A stretch of DNA of 64,000 nucleotides from an uncultured Eubacteriales bacterium (GCA_964648465.1 CAZYMU010000001.1:56230-120229), one strand, 5' to 3'; positions 1 through 10,726 are shown, numbered from the stretch's first letter. Numbers and translations: made by a program. The notes: generated by a model not told the origin, from the sequence alone.

Positions 1-3
1 TTT

Positions 4-2829
4 ATGCCGGAATATGAGTTTACAATTCGATACTTGCATGTGCCTTTTGGTTCGGACATATGTCATTACATGAAGGAGAAAGGTGAGAAGGTGATTGTCC
101 AGGAAAAGTCAGATAAAAATACATGGACATGGTTTCCTGATAAGGCAGGAGCTTACGCAATAGGGGTTGTTGTCACTGATGAAAAAGAAAGAGCTGAAAT
201 AGAAATCCCTTTTATAATCGAGGAGAAAGAGAATTTTCGCATTGAATGGTGGCAGAACCATATAGATTTAAAACAGTCTTCTTTGGTTAAGAATTTGAAA
301 TGGAGATCTGTAGGGCCTTGGGAAATAAGCGGCCGTATCACAGATATTGCTGTGTCGAAAAGGAACCCTTATGTGATTTATGTTTCTTCAGCGTATGGAG
401 GAGTGTGGAAAACTGTAAATAACGGGACAAGCTGGGAACCAATATTTGATAACGAATCTTGCCTGAGTATTGGAGCCATTGCAGTAACAACCTCAGATGT
501 TGATATTATTTGGTCGGGAAGATTAGATGCAGATATGGAATTAACAGGTGAAGAACCTCAGGATATTATCTGGGCAGGAAGTGGCGAGAACAATGCTAGT
601 AATGGCTCTACCGCAGGAACAGGTGTTTTTAAATCAATAGACGGTGGGAACTCGTGGCAAAATGTAGGCTTAAATGACTCCAATCATATAGGTCGTATTA
701 TCATACATCCGGATAACCCGGACATCGTTTATGTTGCTGTGATGGGCCATCTTTTTACTCCAAATGAAGAAAGAGGATTATTCAAGACAGAAGATGGAGG
801 AAATACTTGGAATAAAATACTTTTTATAAATGATAACACAGGAATTACGGATGCTGTCATGGATCCTGATAATCCCGATATTCTTTATGCAGCCGCATGG
901 GAAATGAAACGCAAAGCATGGAATTTTATCGAAAGCGTCGAAGGAAGCGGTATATATAAAACAACAGACGGCGGAGAGACTTGGAAAAAATTGACAAAAG
1001 GATTTCCTGAGGGAAAACATGTAGGCCGAATTGGACTAGATATAGCTGCTTCTAACTCCAGCATTATCTATGCGATTTTGGATAATCGGGCCTTAAGAGC
1101 AAAACAAGATTCGGATGATGAAGAACATAAAATTACTGTAAAGAATTCGGCTGTAGATCAGGGAAAAGAGAAAAATATTATAGGGCCTGAAATATATAGG
1201 ACTTCCGATAATGGAGAAACGTGGAAAAAAACCAACAAAGATTACATTGATGGTTTTTATAATTCATGTGGATACTCTTTTGGCCAGATCAGAATCGATC
1301 CAAAAAATGAAAATAAAGTATATATTCTTGGTGTTCCGTTAATGATTTCTAGAAACAGCGGAGAGACATATGAATCTATTGGAAAAATCCGGCTTCAGAG
1401 AGGGCATCATGCTCTCTGGATTGACTCAAATAATCACAATCACTTGATAGAAGGTAATGATGGGGGATTAAATTTTTCCTATGATGGAGGGAATACCTGG
1501 CAGGAAGTTAACAGCATTCCTGTTGGCCAGCTCCAATCAATAGCCTATGATATGGAAGAACCGTATAATATATACGGTGCCGTACATGATAATGGAGTTT
1601 ATTGTGGGTCTCATAGAGGAGTGCAAGGAATATCCAATGCTTGGAAGGAGATATTAGGAGGGGATGTTGTCTGTGTTCAGGTCGACCCCGAGGACTCGAA
1701 CATTATTTATGCAGAATATCCATCAGGTAATGTTTTCCGTATAGAAAGGCGGGAAGGAACGTACAAGAATATCAGTCCTAAGACTGAATTTAATGAATCC
1801 CATTTAAGGTTTAGCAGAAGGGCTCCGATTTTGATCTCGCCCCACAACCGCTTTATTATTTATCTAGGTGCTAATAAGCTGTTTAAATCCTACGACATGG
1901 GAGAGCACTGGATTTCTATTAGTCAAGATCTTACGACAAACCCTGAACATGGAAGTATTACTTACGGCTGTATTGTTACGATATCTGAATCACCCGTTGT
2001 CCCTGGCCTGATATATGTAGGTACAGATAATGGAAATGTTTGTGTGACTAAGAATGGGGGAGTTACATGGGAAAAAATAATAGAGGGACTTTCTGCTAAT
2101 AAGTGGGTTTCATGGGTTGAGGCTTCGAATTTTGATGAAGGCACTGTGTATGTTTCTTTAAGTGGATATTACCATGATGATTTTAATAAATATCTTTATA
2201 AGTCTGTTGATTATGGAAAAACTTGGGTTTCAATAGCAAATAACATACCTTGTGGTCCTATTTGTGTTATCAAGGAAGATCCTAAAAATGAAAGAATACT
2301 CTATGTAGGAACGGATATGGGAGTTTACGTTTCCATTGATGGGGGAGCATCGTGGTCGACTCTTGGATCAGGCCTTCCTGCTGTTTATGTAACTGATATT
2401 GCAATTCATCCCAGGGACAATGATATTATTATAGCTACTAAAGGCCGTGGTGTTTATGTGATGAATGTTGAAACGATTCAAGAATTTAACCTGGATATTA
2501 AGGAAAAGAAGGCCCATCTCTTTGCTATTAAACCTGTCTATATAGATAGAAACTACCCTGAGTTAGAACCTGAGGCGAAGATATATTATTACTTAAGAGA
2601 AAGTAGAACGATAACTGTTTCTATTATCGATGATTCGGGTGAAATGATAAAAGAAATAGAGGAAGATGGTGATGCAGGATTTAATTTGATAACGTGGGAT
2701 CTTACTGTAGACAGAGAAGGTAATAAGGTTCAAATAGTCAATCCTGGTAAGTATCGGATTGAATTAAAGTCAGGTTTTCTAAAGTTAGACGGGAAACTAG
2801 AAATTGTAAATCGTTTTCCAAATGTATGA
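4..2829 (+). CDS. BNR/Asp-box repeat beta-propeller protein (sortilin/Vps10- or GH74/Ycf48-like); possibly 5'-truncated by window edge
   Basis: 941-aa ORF with at least 9 recurring S-x-D-x-G-x-T-W Asp-box motifs (SIDGGNSWQNV, TEDGGNTWNKI, TTDGGETWKKL, TSDNGETWKKT, SYDGGNTWQEV, VTKNGGVTWEKI, SVDYGKTWVSI, SIDGGASWSTL). It starts 3 nt from the window edge, so the true start may lie upstream. Confidence 0.6.
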   Translation: MPEYEFTIRYLHVPFGSDICHYMKEKGEKVIVQEKSDKNTWTWFPDKAGAYAIGVVVTDEKERAEIEIPFIIEEKENFRIEWWQNHIDLKQSSLVKNLKWRSVGPWEISGRITDIAVSKRNPYVIYVSSAYGGVWKTVNNGTSWEPIFDNESCLSIGAIAVTTSDVDIIWSGRLDADMELTGEEPQDIIWAGSGENNASNGSTAGTGVFKSIDGGNSWQNVGLNDSNHIGRIIIHPDNPDIVYVAVMGHLFTPNEERGLFKTEDGGNTWNKILFINDNTGITDAVMDPDNPDILYAAAWEMKRKAWNFIESVEGSGIYKTTDGGETWKKLTKGFPEGKHVGRIGLDIAASNSSIIYAILDNRALRAKQDSDDEEHKITVKNSAVDQGKEKNIIGPEIYRTSDNGETWKKTNKDYIDGFYNSCGYSFGQIRIDPKNENKVYILGVPLMISRNSGETYESIGKIRLQRGHHALWIDSNNHNHLIEGNDGGLNFSYDGGNTWQEVNSIPVGQLQSIAYDMEEPYNIYGAVHDNGVYCGSHRGVQGISNAWKEILGGDVVCVQVDPEDSNIIYAEYPSGNVFRIERREGTYKNISPKTEFNESHLRFSRRAPILISPHNRFIIYLGANKLFKSYDMGEHWISISQDLTTNPEHGSITYGCIVTISESPVVPGLIYVGTDNGNVCVTKNGGVTWEKIIEGLSANKWVSWVEASNFDEGTVYVSLSGYYHDDFNKYLYKSVDYGKTWVSIANNIPCGPICVIKEDPKNERILYVGTDMGVYVSIDGGASWSTLGSGLPAVYVTDIAIHPRDNDIIIATKGRGVYVMNVETIQEFNLDIKEKKAHLFAIKPVYIDRNYPELEPEAKIYYYLRESRTITVSIIDDSGEMIKEIEEDGDAGFNLITWDLTVDREGNKVQIVNPGKYRIELKSGFLKLDGKLEIVNRFPNV

Positions 2830-2865
2830 AATCTGATAAGATATAAACAGAAAGGAGATTTTATT

Positions 2866-3411
2866 ATGAATAGAAATGAAGCTTTAGAACTTGTTAAAAA
2901 ATACCTCAAAAATAAAAACCTCGTAAAGCATTCGTTATCAGTTGAAGCTTGTATGAAAGCAATGGCAGCCAGACTCAACAAAGATGTGGGAAAATGGGGA
3001 CTTGCAGGACTTTTACATGATCTTGATTATGAGATAACAGAAAAAGATCCTGATCTCCATACAGTTGAGACTGTAAAAATTTTAAAAGAGCTTGGTGTGG
3101 AACCTGAAATTCTACGTACTATTCAAGCCCATGCAGGAAAAGTTCCCTGTCAAAGTGAAATGGAATGGTCGATTTTTTCTATTGACCCATTGACAGGTCT
3201 TATTGTTGCTGCTACTTTGATGCATCCAAGTAAAAAAATAAAAGAGGTAGACCTTGGTTTTGTGAAAAGAAGATACAAAGAAAAGAGTTTTGCAAGGGGT
3301 GCAAAAAGGGAAGAAATTGAACAGATCAAAAATATAGGCCTTGATCTTGATGACTTTATAACAATTTGTTTGGAAGCAATGCAGGGAATTGATAAAGAAC
3401 TTGGATTCTGA
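2866..3411 (+). CDS. HD-domain (HDIG-type) phosphohydrolase
   Basis: 181 aa. Carries H...HD metal-binding motifs (KHSLSVEACM ... GLLHDLDYE). A good RBS (AAAGGAGA) lies 7 nt upstream of the ATG. Confidence 0.55.
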   Translation: MNRNEALELVKKYLKNKNLVKHSLSVEACMKAMAARLNKDVGKWGLAGLLHDLDYEITEKDPDLHTVETVKILKELGVEPEILRTIQAHAGKVPCQSEMEWSIFSIDPLTGLIVAATLMHPSKKIKEVDLGFVKRRYKEKSFARGAKREEIEQIKNIGLDLDDFITICLEAMQGIDKELGF

Positions 3412-3619
3412 TAAGTGTAGAAAGATTAAAAAAATTTTACAAAGTAATGTTGGTGTAGGCAGGTTCGATTCATAAATAATTCGCATAAGATAGATAAAAA
3501 GCTAAAATTTTCATTTTGCTTTGACATTGGGATGGATATGTTTGACATCGAATATTTCATGTGCTATAAATTCTTATCCTGAAAAAAGAAGAATTTCAAG
3601 ACTTAATGTCGAGGGTTTC

Positions 3620-4285
3620 ATGAAAATTTTTGCGGTTATTGGTAAATCAAAAACTGGTAAGACGCGGTTGATAAAATTGCTTCTAGTGGAATTGAAAAAA
3701 CGCGGACATTCTGTTGCTGTTGTCAAACACTGTGCTCAGGGATTTGACTTGGATTCTGAAGGAAAGGATTCCTGGCAGTTCCTGGAGTCAGGATCTGATG
3801 GTGTTGTTGTAGCATCCCAAGATCGATTAGCAGTGTTCAAAAAAAAATTGGATGAAAAGGGCTTTTCAGAGATAGCAACAGAGTTTTTTAAAAATATTGA
3901 CTTTGTTTTTATAGAAGGCGGCAGTAAGGACAAAAAACTGAGAAAAATAGAAGTGCTACGGAAGGGGATAGCCGAGAAAGTAGAATGTTTTCCGAAAGAA
4001 CTTGCTGCTGTTGTTTCTGATGTGAAAGTTGCTGTAGATAAACCTGTATTTAATCATGATCAAATAACTGAGATTTCAAATTTTATTGAGAGCAGCATTC
4101 AGTACGAAGGGCCTCGTGTTTATTTGGAGATTGATGGAAAGCCTGTACGTCTGAATGCATTTGTAAAAAAGAATACAGAAAACATTATTTTAGGGATGAT
4201 TAAATCTCTAGATGGACTCCCGGAAAATCCGGAATGTTTAACCTTATCTATAATAAGAAAGGAGAAGAAGATTGAGAAAATTTAA
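3620..4285 (+). CDS. mobB: molybdopterin-guanine dinucleotide biosynthesis adapter MobB (with about 50-aa C-terminal extension)
   Basis: The internal Met opens MKIFAVIGKSKTGKTRLI (Walker A) followed by VVKH, typical of MobB. The tracked ORF 3521..4285 has an implausible N-terminal extension. It sits in the neighbourhood of mobA and a Mo-formate dehydrogenase. Confidence 0.65.
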   Translation: MKIFAVIGKSKTGKTRLIKLLLVELKKRGHSVAVVKHCAQGFDLDSEGKDSWQFLESGSDGVVVASQDRLAVFKKKLDEKGFSEIATEFFKNIDFVFIEGGSKDKKLRKIEVLRKGIAEKVECFPKELAAVVSDVKVAVDKPVFNHDQITEISNFIESSIQYEGPRVYLEIDGKPVRLNAFVKKNTENIILGMIKSLDGLPENPECLTLSIIRKEKKIEKI

Positions 4286-4892
4286 GAACTGGTCATGGTT
4301 ATTGCTTTTTGGCTCTCTTTGGGGGATAATAGAAGTTGCTGGAGGGGGAGTCTTATCTGAGTATAATATGCTTCATGTTTCTGTAATCCTTGCAGCCTGG
4401 GCATTCATAGTCATGGCTGTTGCAAGAGGGATAGTGAATAAACCAGGTTCATCGATCGTTATTGGGATTGTTGCAGTCATTTTTAAGCTGGCAAATGCAG
4501 CCCCGTTCTTCTGCCATCTTCTAGGGATTTTTGCCCTTGGTTTAGCATTTGATGTTTTTTCAAGTTTATTAATGAAGAATGAGAGAAAAATTTCTTTTCG
4601 GTTAAGTCTAACAGGTGCATTGAGTGCATATAGTGGATATGCGCTTTTTGCCATTATCATTACTTATATCGTTCAATATAAATACTGGATTGCTGGCGGA
4701 TTGCCAAAGGTGCTTGAACATATATTTGTTGGAGGTAGTTTAGCAGCAATAGGGGCTGTGGTGCTTGTTCCTTTAGGGTTCTGGATTGGAATAAATAGTG
4801 AGAATTTATTTGAGCGGCGGCCTGTATTGACTTATGCAGGAACTCTAATGGGAGTAGTTCTTCTGTGGACATTGGGAAGATTCGTAGGATAA
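4272..4892 (+). CDS. polytopic membrane protein of unknown function, co-transcribed between mobB and focA
   Basis: 206 aa with 5-6 predicted hydrophobic helices. Its start overlaps the mobB stop by 14 nt. No family recognised. Confidence 0.4.
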   Translation: MRKFKNWSWLLLFGSLWGIIEVAGGGVLSEYNMLHVSVILAAWAFIVMAVARGIVNKPGSSIVIGIVAVIFKLANAAPFFCHLLGIFALGLAFDVFSSLLMKNERKISFRLSLTGALSAYSGYALFAIIITYIVQYKYWIAGGLPKVLEHIFVGGSLAAIGAVVLVPLGFWIGINSENLFERRPVLTYAGTLMGVVLLWTLGRFVG

Positions 4893-4926
4893 TTTTTATA
4901 TTATTATGATATGAAAGGAGTTAGAT

Positions 4927-5784
4927 ATGGCAATTGAATGTAAGAATCCAGCGACCATCGCAAGTAGTCTTGCTGATAGTGTGTGTGTGAAGAAAGTCAA
5001 CTTGAATTTTCTTAATCTTTCTATCCTTGGAATTTTTGCAGGGGCATTTATTGGTTTTGGTGCAGAGCTTGCAACCATTGTTGGGCATGATATGGGCAAA
5101 TTCGTCGGTGTAGGATTAACTAAGTTTATGATGGGTGCTGTCTTTAGTGTAGGCCTGATATTAGTGGTTATTGCTGGAGCAGAACTTTTTACTGGAAACA
5201 ATCTTATAGTTCTTGCGGTTCTTGATAAAAAAGTTTCTATCTGGGGTTTACTGAGAAACTGGGGTATTGTATATGTCGCCAATATTGTAGGTTCCCTTAT
5301 TCTTGTTGCTATCATGTACTACAGTAGATTGTGGGAAGGAGGAGGCCAGGCTATAGGAGTTTTTTCTTTAAAAATTGCAACTGCAAAAGCTAATCTAACT
5401 TTTTGGCCTGCGTTTTTCAGAGGGATTGGATGTAATTGGCTGGTATGTTTAGCAGTGTGGATGGCATTATCGGCTCGTCATACAGTGGGAAAAGTGTTTG
5501 CTATATTTTTTCCCATAATGGCATTTGTGGCTTCCGGGTTTGAGCATAGTGTTGCCAATATGTTTTTTATTCCTATGGGGATGGCGCTTAAAGAAATTCA
5601 GCCTATTGTAGCCGCCTCGGGTATAGCAGCTGAAAAGCTGCAGAATCTTGACCTTTTTGGATTTCTTGTTAGGAATGAAGTCCCTGTGACTCTTGGCAAC
5701 ATTGTAGGTGGTGCGTTTTTTGTTGGAGTTCTTTACTGGATTGCCTATGTAAGAAAGAGTAAAAAAGAACTAGAAGCAAAATAA
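4927..5784 (+). CDS. focA: formate/nitrite transporter family channel (FocA-like)
   Basis: 285 aa with the FNT signature region (WMALSARHTVGKVFAIFFPIMAFVASGFEHSVANMFFIP). Adjacent to the formate dehydrogenase operon. Confidence 0.8.
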   Translation: MAIECKNPATIASSLADSVCVKKVNLNFLNLSILGIFAGAFIGFGAELATIVGHDMGKFVGVGLTKFMMGAVFSVGLILVVIAGAELFTGNNLIVLAVLDKKVSIWGLLRNWGIVYVANIVGSLILVAIMYYSRLWEGGGQAIGVFSLKIATAKANLTFWPAFFRGIGCNWLVCLAVWMALSARHTVGKVFAIFFPIMAFVASGFEHSVANMFFIPMGMALKEIQPIVAASGIAAEKLQNLDLFGFLVRNEVPVTLGNIVGGAFFVGVLYWIAYVRKSKKELEAK

Positions 5785-5818
5785 TATTATTTATCTTTAA
5801 ATGGCCGGAGCGATCTTA

Positions 5819-6946
5819 TTAAAAAGTATAAATAGCACTAATCACAATTTGGTTGGTTTTTGCTTCATCGTCAAGATTGAGATATTGACTCAGGAAATTG
5901 CAATATTCAATACCCAATGAAACACTGCTTATAACATTGTATTTGAGCCCTGAAAAAATGGCTCTGGTTTTTTTGAGATTTCCTGATAATAATTGAGATT
6001 TATCTGTAAGGTCTTCCAAGGCGTATCCAAGCCAACTTTGGAAATTGTTCAATGAATATACAATTTCAGACCAGAACGCAGTTGCTTTTTTACCTTCAAA
6101 TTTATCTGCTTTTACGTTGTCATAAACATTAGAACGGGAAAGAAATACAGAGAGATTTTGTCCTTGGCCCAATTCTCCTTTGAATGTGAGATTTCTAGCA
6201 AATGGGATGATGCAATCAAGACTTAATCCAGCAATATCAACATCTGTTTCATAATCCTCTAGAGGATTTGTATAGTGCTCCCTGCCAAAAGTTGTGGACA
6301 AGCCTATTTTTATATTTCCATTATTTCCGAATTTCATACCAATACGTCCTTGAGTGATAGGCAAGCATGTCTTTGTTGCACCGGAAGAAGTGGGATCATT
6401 GAGGCTTACGGCAAAGTCAAACATATCAGATAACCAGGTGTAGCGGATTTGAGCTCTTCTAAAACCGAGGTTTCCTGTTTGCCAGAAATATCCGTTGGTC
6501 AACAAAGTAGTGGGGCCCAATGGAGAAAATACATCCCAATATTGCCCAAAAAGAAAAGAAGAATTTCTATTAGAAAGGCTGAAGTAGGCATGGCGAATCC
6601 GGAATTTCATTTGATTCCTACTAGTTCCATCATAGAGATCCCATTCAAAATGACCCTTAACTGTCCATCCATTTCCAAGAGAGAGTTTTGTCCATCTAAG
6701 ACCAAATCGACTGTTCATAGCAGTTAAATTAGTATTCCCTTCCTCTCCGAATTTAGCATAGCGGCAGGCAATTAGGCTGTTCATGGGATTATCCTGGTAT
6801 GTTCCATCAAGCTTTAGAAATCCATAAAAATCGAGTTTGAATTTTTCATTATCTACAAATCTGATAGAAGCCTTGCCCTGAAACGTAAAAATAAGCAGTG
6901 AAAATACTGTCAGAACAATAATTCCTAGTGCTGTTTTTTTTATCAT
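5819..6946 (-). CDS. outer-membrane beta-barrel (porin-like) protein
   Basis: 375 aa. Has an N-terminal signal peptide (MIKKTALGIIVLTVFSLLIFTFQG), alternating amphipathic beta strands, and a C-terminal aromatic Y-T-F end typical of OMPs. Confidence 0.45.
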   Translation of the reverse strand: MIKKTALGIIVLTVFSLLIFTFQGKASIRFVDNEKFKLDFYGFLKLDGTYQDNPMNSLIACRYAKFGEEGNTNLTAMNSRFGLRWTKLSLGNGWTVKGHFEWDLYDGTSRNQMKFRIRHAYFSLSNRNSSFLFGQYWDVFSPLGPTTLLTNGYFWQTGNLGFRRAQIRYTWLSDMFDFAVSLNDPTSSGATKTCLPITQGRIGMKFGNNGNIKIGLSTTFGREHYTNPLEDYETDVDIAGLSLDCIIPFARNLTFKGELGQGQNLSVFLSRSNVYDNVKADKFEGKKATAFWSEIVYSLNNFQSWLGYALEDLTDKSQLLSGNLKKTRAIFSGLKYNVISSVSLGIEYCNFLSQYLNLDDEAKTNQIVISAIYTF

Positions 6947-6996
6947 TTCCTCCTTAGAAAATTTGTGTTAGAGAGAAAGTGTAATTTTTAAGTTTT

Positions 6997-7659
6997 CTAT
7001 TCAGTACATGGAGAGATTAACCCTTTGTTTTGTAGAGAAAATTTATATTTTGTTATATCGAAATAGCATCGTTTCTTATTAGATCCGGAAAGGTGTGCTT
7101 TGATTTTATCAAGATCATCCGATTTATTTATATTGCACCAAAGGGAATCTTCAAAAAAATCTGCTGGAACAAATGCCATTTTAGTGTTCGGGATTATATC
7201 GATGACTCTCCGTTTTTTGGATCTGAGTGTTTCGATAATATTAGGAAGACAGGACTTGGAATAAATAGCAAATAGCGGCTCAAAACCTTTTTGTGATCGT
7301 GGAATGATGGCTTCGGCTTCTTGATCGTAGGTAATCAGTGTTTGAATAGAAGGCTCTGTGATAAACGGCATGTCGCAGGGGACAATAAAGGTGCGTTTAT
7401 AAGAGCTTTGACTCAAAGCCGTAGCAATTCCCTGAAGAGGACCCAGTCCTAGCATTTTGTCCGGGAAGATTGGAATATTCAGAAAGCTGTATGGTTTTGA
7501 GTCATTGGTAATGATGAAAACTTCATCCATCAGAGGGTTGATCATTCTTAATGTGTGCTCGATAATCGTTTCTCCTTTGATTTTGAGCAAGCCTTTTTCA
7601 ATGCCGCCAAGGCGGGTTGCTTTTCCCCCTGCGAGTATCGCTCCGCTTATATTCTGCAT
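6997..7659 (-). CDS. mobA: molybdenum cofactor guanylyltransferase MobA
   Basis: 220 aa. The N-terminus GAILAGGKATRLGG-EKGLL matches the MobA nucleotide-binding motif. Lies 38 bp downstream of the FDH operon. Confidence 0.75.
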   Translation of the reverse strand: MQNISGAILAGGKATRLGGIEKGLLKIKGETIIEHTLRMINPLMDEVFIITNDSKPYSFLNIPIFPDKMLGLGPLQGIATALSQSSYKRTFIVPCDMPFITEPSIQTLITYDQEAEAIIPRSQKGFEPLFAIYSKSCLPNIIETLRSKKRRVIDIIPNTKMAFVPADFFEDSLWCNINKSDDLDKIKAHLSGSNKKRCYFDITKYKFSLQNKGLISPCTE

Positions 7660-7697
7660 GTTTCTAGAAATTTAATTGAAACTTGTGTCGAAATTAA

Positions 7698-8687
7698 TTA
7701 TTGTTTTCCAAACCGATCGACTATTTCTTTTGTGACGGCTTTTATTCCTATATTGCTGGGACAGACTTCATCGCACCTCCCACAAAGGAAGCAAGTAACA
7801 TGCCCCCATCTATCAAGGTCGGCAACCAACTTATGATGGATTCTACGGCGTGTCCTTTGTCCCTCAAGCCCCATGGGATTGTGACCACTTGCTTCACGCA
7901 TAAACCCGTCAAGTTGACAGGAGTCCCATATCCTTTCACGCACGACTATTTCTTCAAAATTCAAATCATCAACATGAAAGCAAGTGCATGTTGGACATAC
8001 AAGATTGCAGCCTGTGCAGGCAATGCAGCGATTTGCGATTTCATCCCAAAACTTTTCTGTAACTCTATTTTGTGCAATAAGTTTAGAAGCTTCCATTAAA
8101 ATGTCCTTATCATTAGTGGGAAGGGCGTCTGATTCTTTATGAAGTGCTTCTAAAGAGGCAATTTCTGTACTGCAGACAAGAAGCTTTTCCAGGTCAGTTC
8201 CTATTTCTGTATATGGAACAACGATATATTTATCTCCGTCATACACAAGCTCAATATCACATTTACCTCCTGATATTTTAAGAAATTCGCCGTTTTTCCC
8301 GCATTTTCCCGAGACAACAAAGACAACAGAGTTATCTCTTTTTTTGAAATAAATATCATCGTGGTAGTCAGTAGAAAAAAATTTATCGATAAATTCAAGA
8401 CACTCTGCGTCCTCTGCTGTTAGGCCTACTACCATTATAGGTTTTTCAGGAGGTTCCGGGACTGTAAACTTTTTATCTATTCCGACAGTAAACATGGTTT
8501 CACGTTGGGGAAAGAAGACGGAGGTTGTTTTTTGAAGTATAAATCCTCCAGCAAGAGCTAACGGACCATCAGTGATTTTGCCAAGTGATCGTGTTCCATC
8601 ATGCAATTCGATGGGGACAAGCACATCGTATTCTGATTCACAAGTTTTAAAAAAAATTTCTAATTCCTTCAGAGTTGCAGCTTTCAT
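7698..8687 (-). CDS. iron-sulfur electron-transfer subunit, HydB/AsrA-like (two 4Fe-4S CxxCxxCxxxCP motifs)
   Basis: Carries CIACTGCNLVCPTC and CFLCGRCDEVCP cluster motifs in its C-terminal third. The start ATG at 8687 overlaps the upstream fdhA TGA stop (ATGA), with AAGGAG 7 nt upstream. The tracked ORF carries a 9-aa upstream extension. Confidence 0.6.
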   Translation of the reverse strand: MKAATLKELEIFFKTCESEYDVLVPIELHDGTRSLGKITDGPLALAGGFILQKTTSVFFPQRETMFTVGIDKKFTVPEPPEKPIMVVGLTAEDAECLEFIDKFFSTDYHDDIYFKKRDNSVVFVVSGKCGKNGEFLKISGGKCDIELVYDGDKYIVVPYTEIGTDLEKLLVCSTEIASLEALHKESDALPTNDKDILMEASKLIAQNRVTEKFWDEIANRCIACTGCNLVCPTCTCFHVDDLNFEEIVVRERIWDSCQLDGFMREASGHNPMGLEGQRTRRRIHHKLVADLDRWGHVTCFLCGRCDEVCPSNIGIKAVTKEIVDRFGKQ

Positions 8688-10726
8688 AATAATCTCCTTA
8701 TTTTTGCGGCACATACTTTGTATTCAGGTATTTTTGCTTCTGGGTCAAGAGCGTTATTTGTTAGGATGTTTGCCGCACCTTCACTAAAATGAAAGGTCAT
8801 AAAGATCACGCCAGGAATAACCACATTAGTAACTCGTGCCATTACCTTTATTTCTCCTCGACGAGTCGCTACCATAATATACTCTCTATCATGGATTTTT
8901 AACTGGGAGGCATCCTCCGGATTGATTTCAACATAAGGGAAGCGTTCTTCACGGTCTAGTAATTTCGAACGGCGTGTCATTGTACCGGTATGAAAATGGA
9001 AGTAACATCGTCCAGTAGAAAGTACAAAAGGGTACTCCTCATCAGGCAGTTCGGCTGGAGGTTTGTAAATTGCAGGAGAAAACAGCCCCAGTCCTCGGGC
9101 AAACTTGTCTACATGAAGGATAGGTGTTCCGGGATGACCCTTATCCGGGCAGGGCCACTGCAGGCCAACTTGATCTATTCGGTCATATGTAATGCCGGCA
9201 TAACTTGGAGTAACTTCATTTATTTCATCCATAATTTCCTTTGCAGAATCATACTGCATGCCGTCATAGCCTGCCCGTTTGGCGATATCGCACAGAATTT
9301 TCCAGTCTGTTCTACTTTCTCCTGGAGGTTCGATGGCTTTACGTACTCTTTGAACACGCCTTTCGGTTGAGGTAAAAGTACCATTTTTTTCCGCAAAACA
9401 GGAAGCAGGAAGAATAACATCTGCTAATTCTGAAGTCTGTGTGTGGAAAATATCTTGAACTACCAAAAAATCAATCTTTTCTAGTGCTCCTCTTACGTGA
9501 TTTTGGTCAGGATCGGACAGCATAGGATTCTCTCCCATAACGTACAAAGCTTTAAGATTTCCTTCTGCTGCAGCGTTGATGGCAGTTGTCACTGTTAAGC
9601 CAACATTACCAGGTAGATCTTTGATATTCCATGCTTTTTCAAATTTTGTACGAATCTTTTCATCGGTAACCTTTTGATAGCCGCTGTAAACATTAGGAAG
9701 AGCACCTAAATCACAAGCGCCCTGGACATTGTTTTGACCGCGAAGCGGATTTACACCAGTACCTGGTCGGCCTATATTCCCAGTCAGCATGACGAGATTG
9801 GCACAAGATTTTACATTATCGACACCATGGGTGTGTTGTGTAATTCCCATAGAATAAACAATCATTGCTCTATCAGCTTTTGAAAATATCCGCGCTGCTT
9901 TGACAATATCTTCTGCCTTAAGGCCTGTAATTTCCGCTGATATAGCAGGTGGAAAATTTTCTACGGTATTCTTTAATTCTTCGTAGTTTTCAGTCCGTTT
10001 TGCGATAAATTGCTTATCTTCCAGTCCTTCTTTTATGATGACGTGCATCATACCATTTAGAAGAGCAACATCGGTTCCATTTTTATGGCGGAGATGAATA
10101 TCGGAGTAGCTAGCAAGTCTGATCTTTCGATTATCTGCAACAATTAATTTAGCCCCACGTTCAATTACTGAATTCATTATTCTTGTACCGATAAGAGGGT
10201 GTTGTTCAGTGGTATTTGAGCCGATAACAAGGAAACAATCAGACTTTTCCATACAGGAGATGGAATTTGTCATGGCGCCTGAACCAAAAGTACTGGCTAG
10301 GCCTGCTACAGTAGATGAATGGCAGAGCCTGGCACAATGGTCGACATTATTAGTTTTAAATACGGCTCTGGCAAGTTTCATCATTAAGTAATTTTCTTCA
10401 TTTGTTGTTTTGGCAGAAGAGAAAAACATAACTGAGTCATTTCCATATTTTTCTTGAATTTTTTTTAGGTTTCTTACAATGAGATTTAATGCTTCTTCCC
10501 AGGATGCTCGCTCAAAATTCCCGTTTCTACGGATCAACGGGAATTTGAGTCGATCAGGGTGGTTTACAAAATCAAATGCATTCCATCCCTTCACACAAAG
10601 TCTTCCTTGGGAAACAGGATGGGAAAGACTTGGCTCTACACCTATAATATTCTCGTTTTCATCAGATAGAAGATAAAACATGCAGCCAGTACCGCAGTAA
10701 GGGCATGTAGTAAGTGTCTTTTTCAT
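8684..10726 (-). CDS. fdhA: molybdopterin (bis-MGD) formate dehydrogenase catalytic subunit, Cys-type (FdhF-like, no selenocysteine)
   Basis: 680 aa. The N-terminus TCPYCGTGC is the 4Fe-4S site of Mo-bisPGD enzymes. TNNVDHCARLCHSSTVAGL aligns to the FdhF active-site segment NNVDCCARV-U-HGPSV with Cys replacing Sec and the His retained. A formate channel gene is adjacent. Confidence 0.8.
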   Translation of the reverse strand: MKKTLTTCPYCGTGCMFYLLSDENENIIGVEPSLSHPVSQGRLCVKGWNAFDFVNHPDRLKFPLIRRNGNFERASWEEALNLIVRNLKKIQEKYGNDSVMFFSSAKTTNEENYLMMKLARAVFKTNNVDHCARLCHSSTVAGLASTFGSGAMTNSISCMEKSDCFLVIGSNTTEQHPLIGTRIMNSVIERGAKLIVADNRKIRLASYSDIHLRHKNGTDVALLNGMMHVIIKEGLEDKQFIAKRTENYEELKNTVENFPPAISAEITGLKAEDIVKAARIFSKADRAMIVYSMGITQHTHGVDNVKSCANLVMLTGNIGRPGTGVNPLRGQNNVQGACDLGALPNVYSGYQKVTDEKIRTKFEKAWNIKDLPGNVGLTVTTAINAAAEGNLKALYVMGENPMLSDPDQNHVRGALEKIDFLVVQDIFHTQTSELADVILPASCFAEKNGTFTSTERRVQRVRKAIEPPGESRTDWKILCDIAKRAGYDGMQYDSAKEIMDEINEVTPSYAGITYDRIDQVGLQWPCPDKGHPGTPILHVDKFARGLGLFSPAIYKPPAELPDEEYPFVLSTGRCYFHFHTGTMTRRSKLLDREERFPYVEINPEDASQLKIHDREYIMVATRRGEIKVMARVTNVVIPGVIFMTFHFSEGAANILTNNALDPEAKIPEYKVCAAKIRRLL

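Noticed and set aside
3521-3619. N-terminal 33-aa extension of the mobB ORF in the track (MTLGWICLTSNISCAINSY...)
   Set aside because: The conserved MobB Walker-A N-terminus starts at the internal Met (3620). The extension is non-homologous and lacks an RBS.
8684-10726. Possible selenocysteine (in-frame TGA) in the formate dehydrogenase
   Set aside because: The ORF is uninterrupted and the position aligned to the FdhF Sec is Cys (CARLCHSS). No SECIS-like requirement is evident, so this is a Cys-type FDH.
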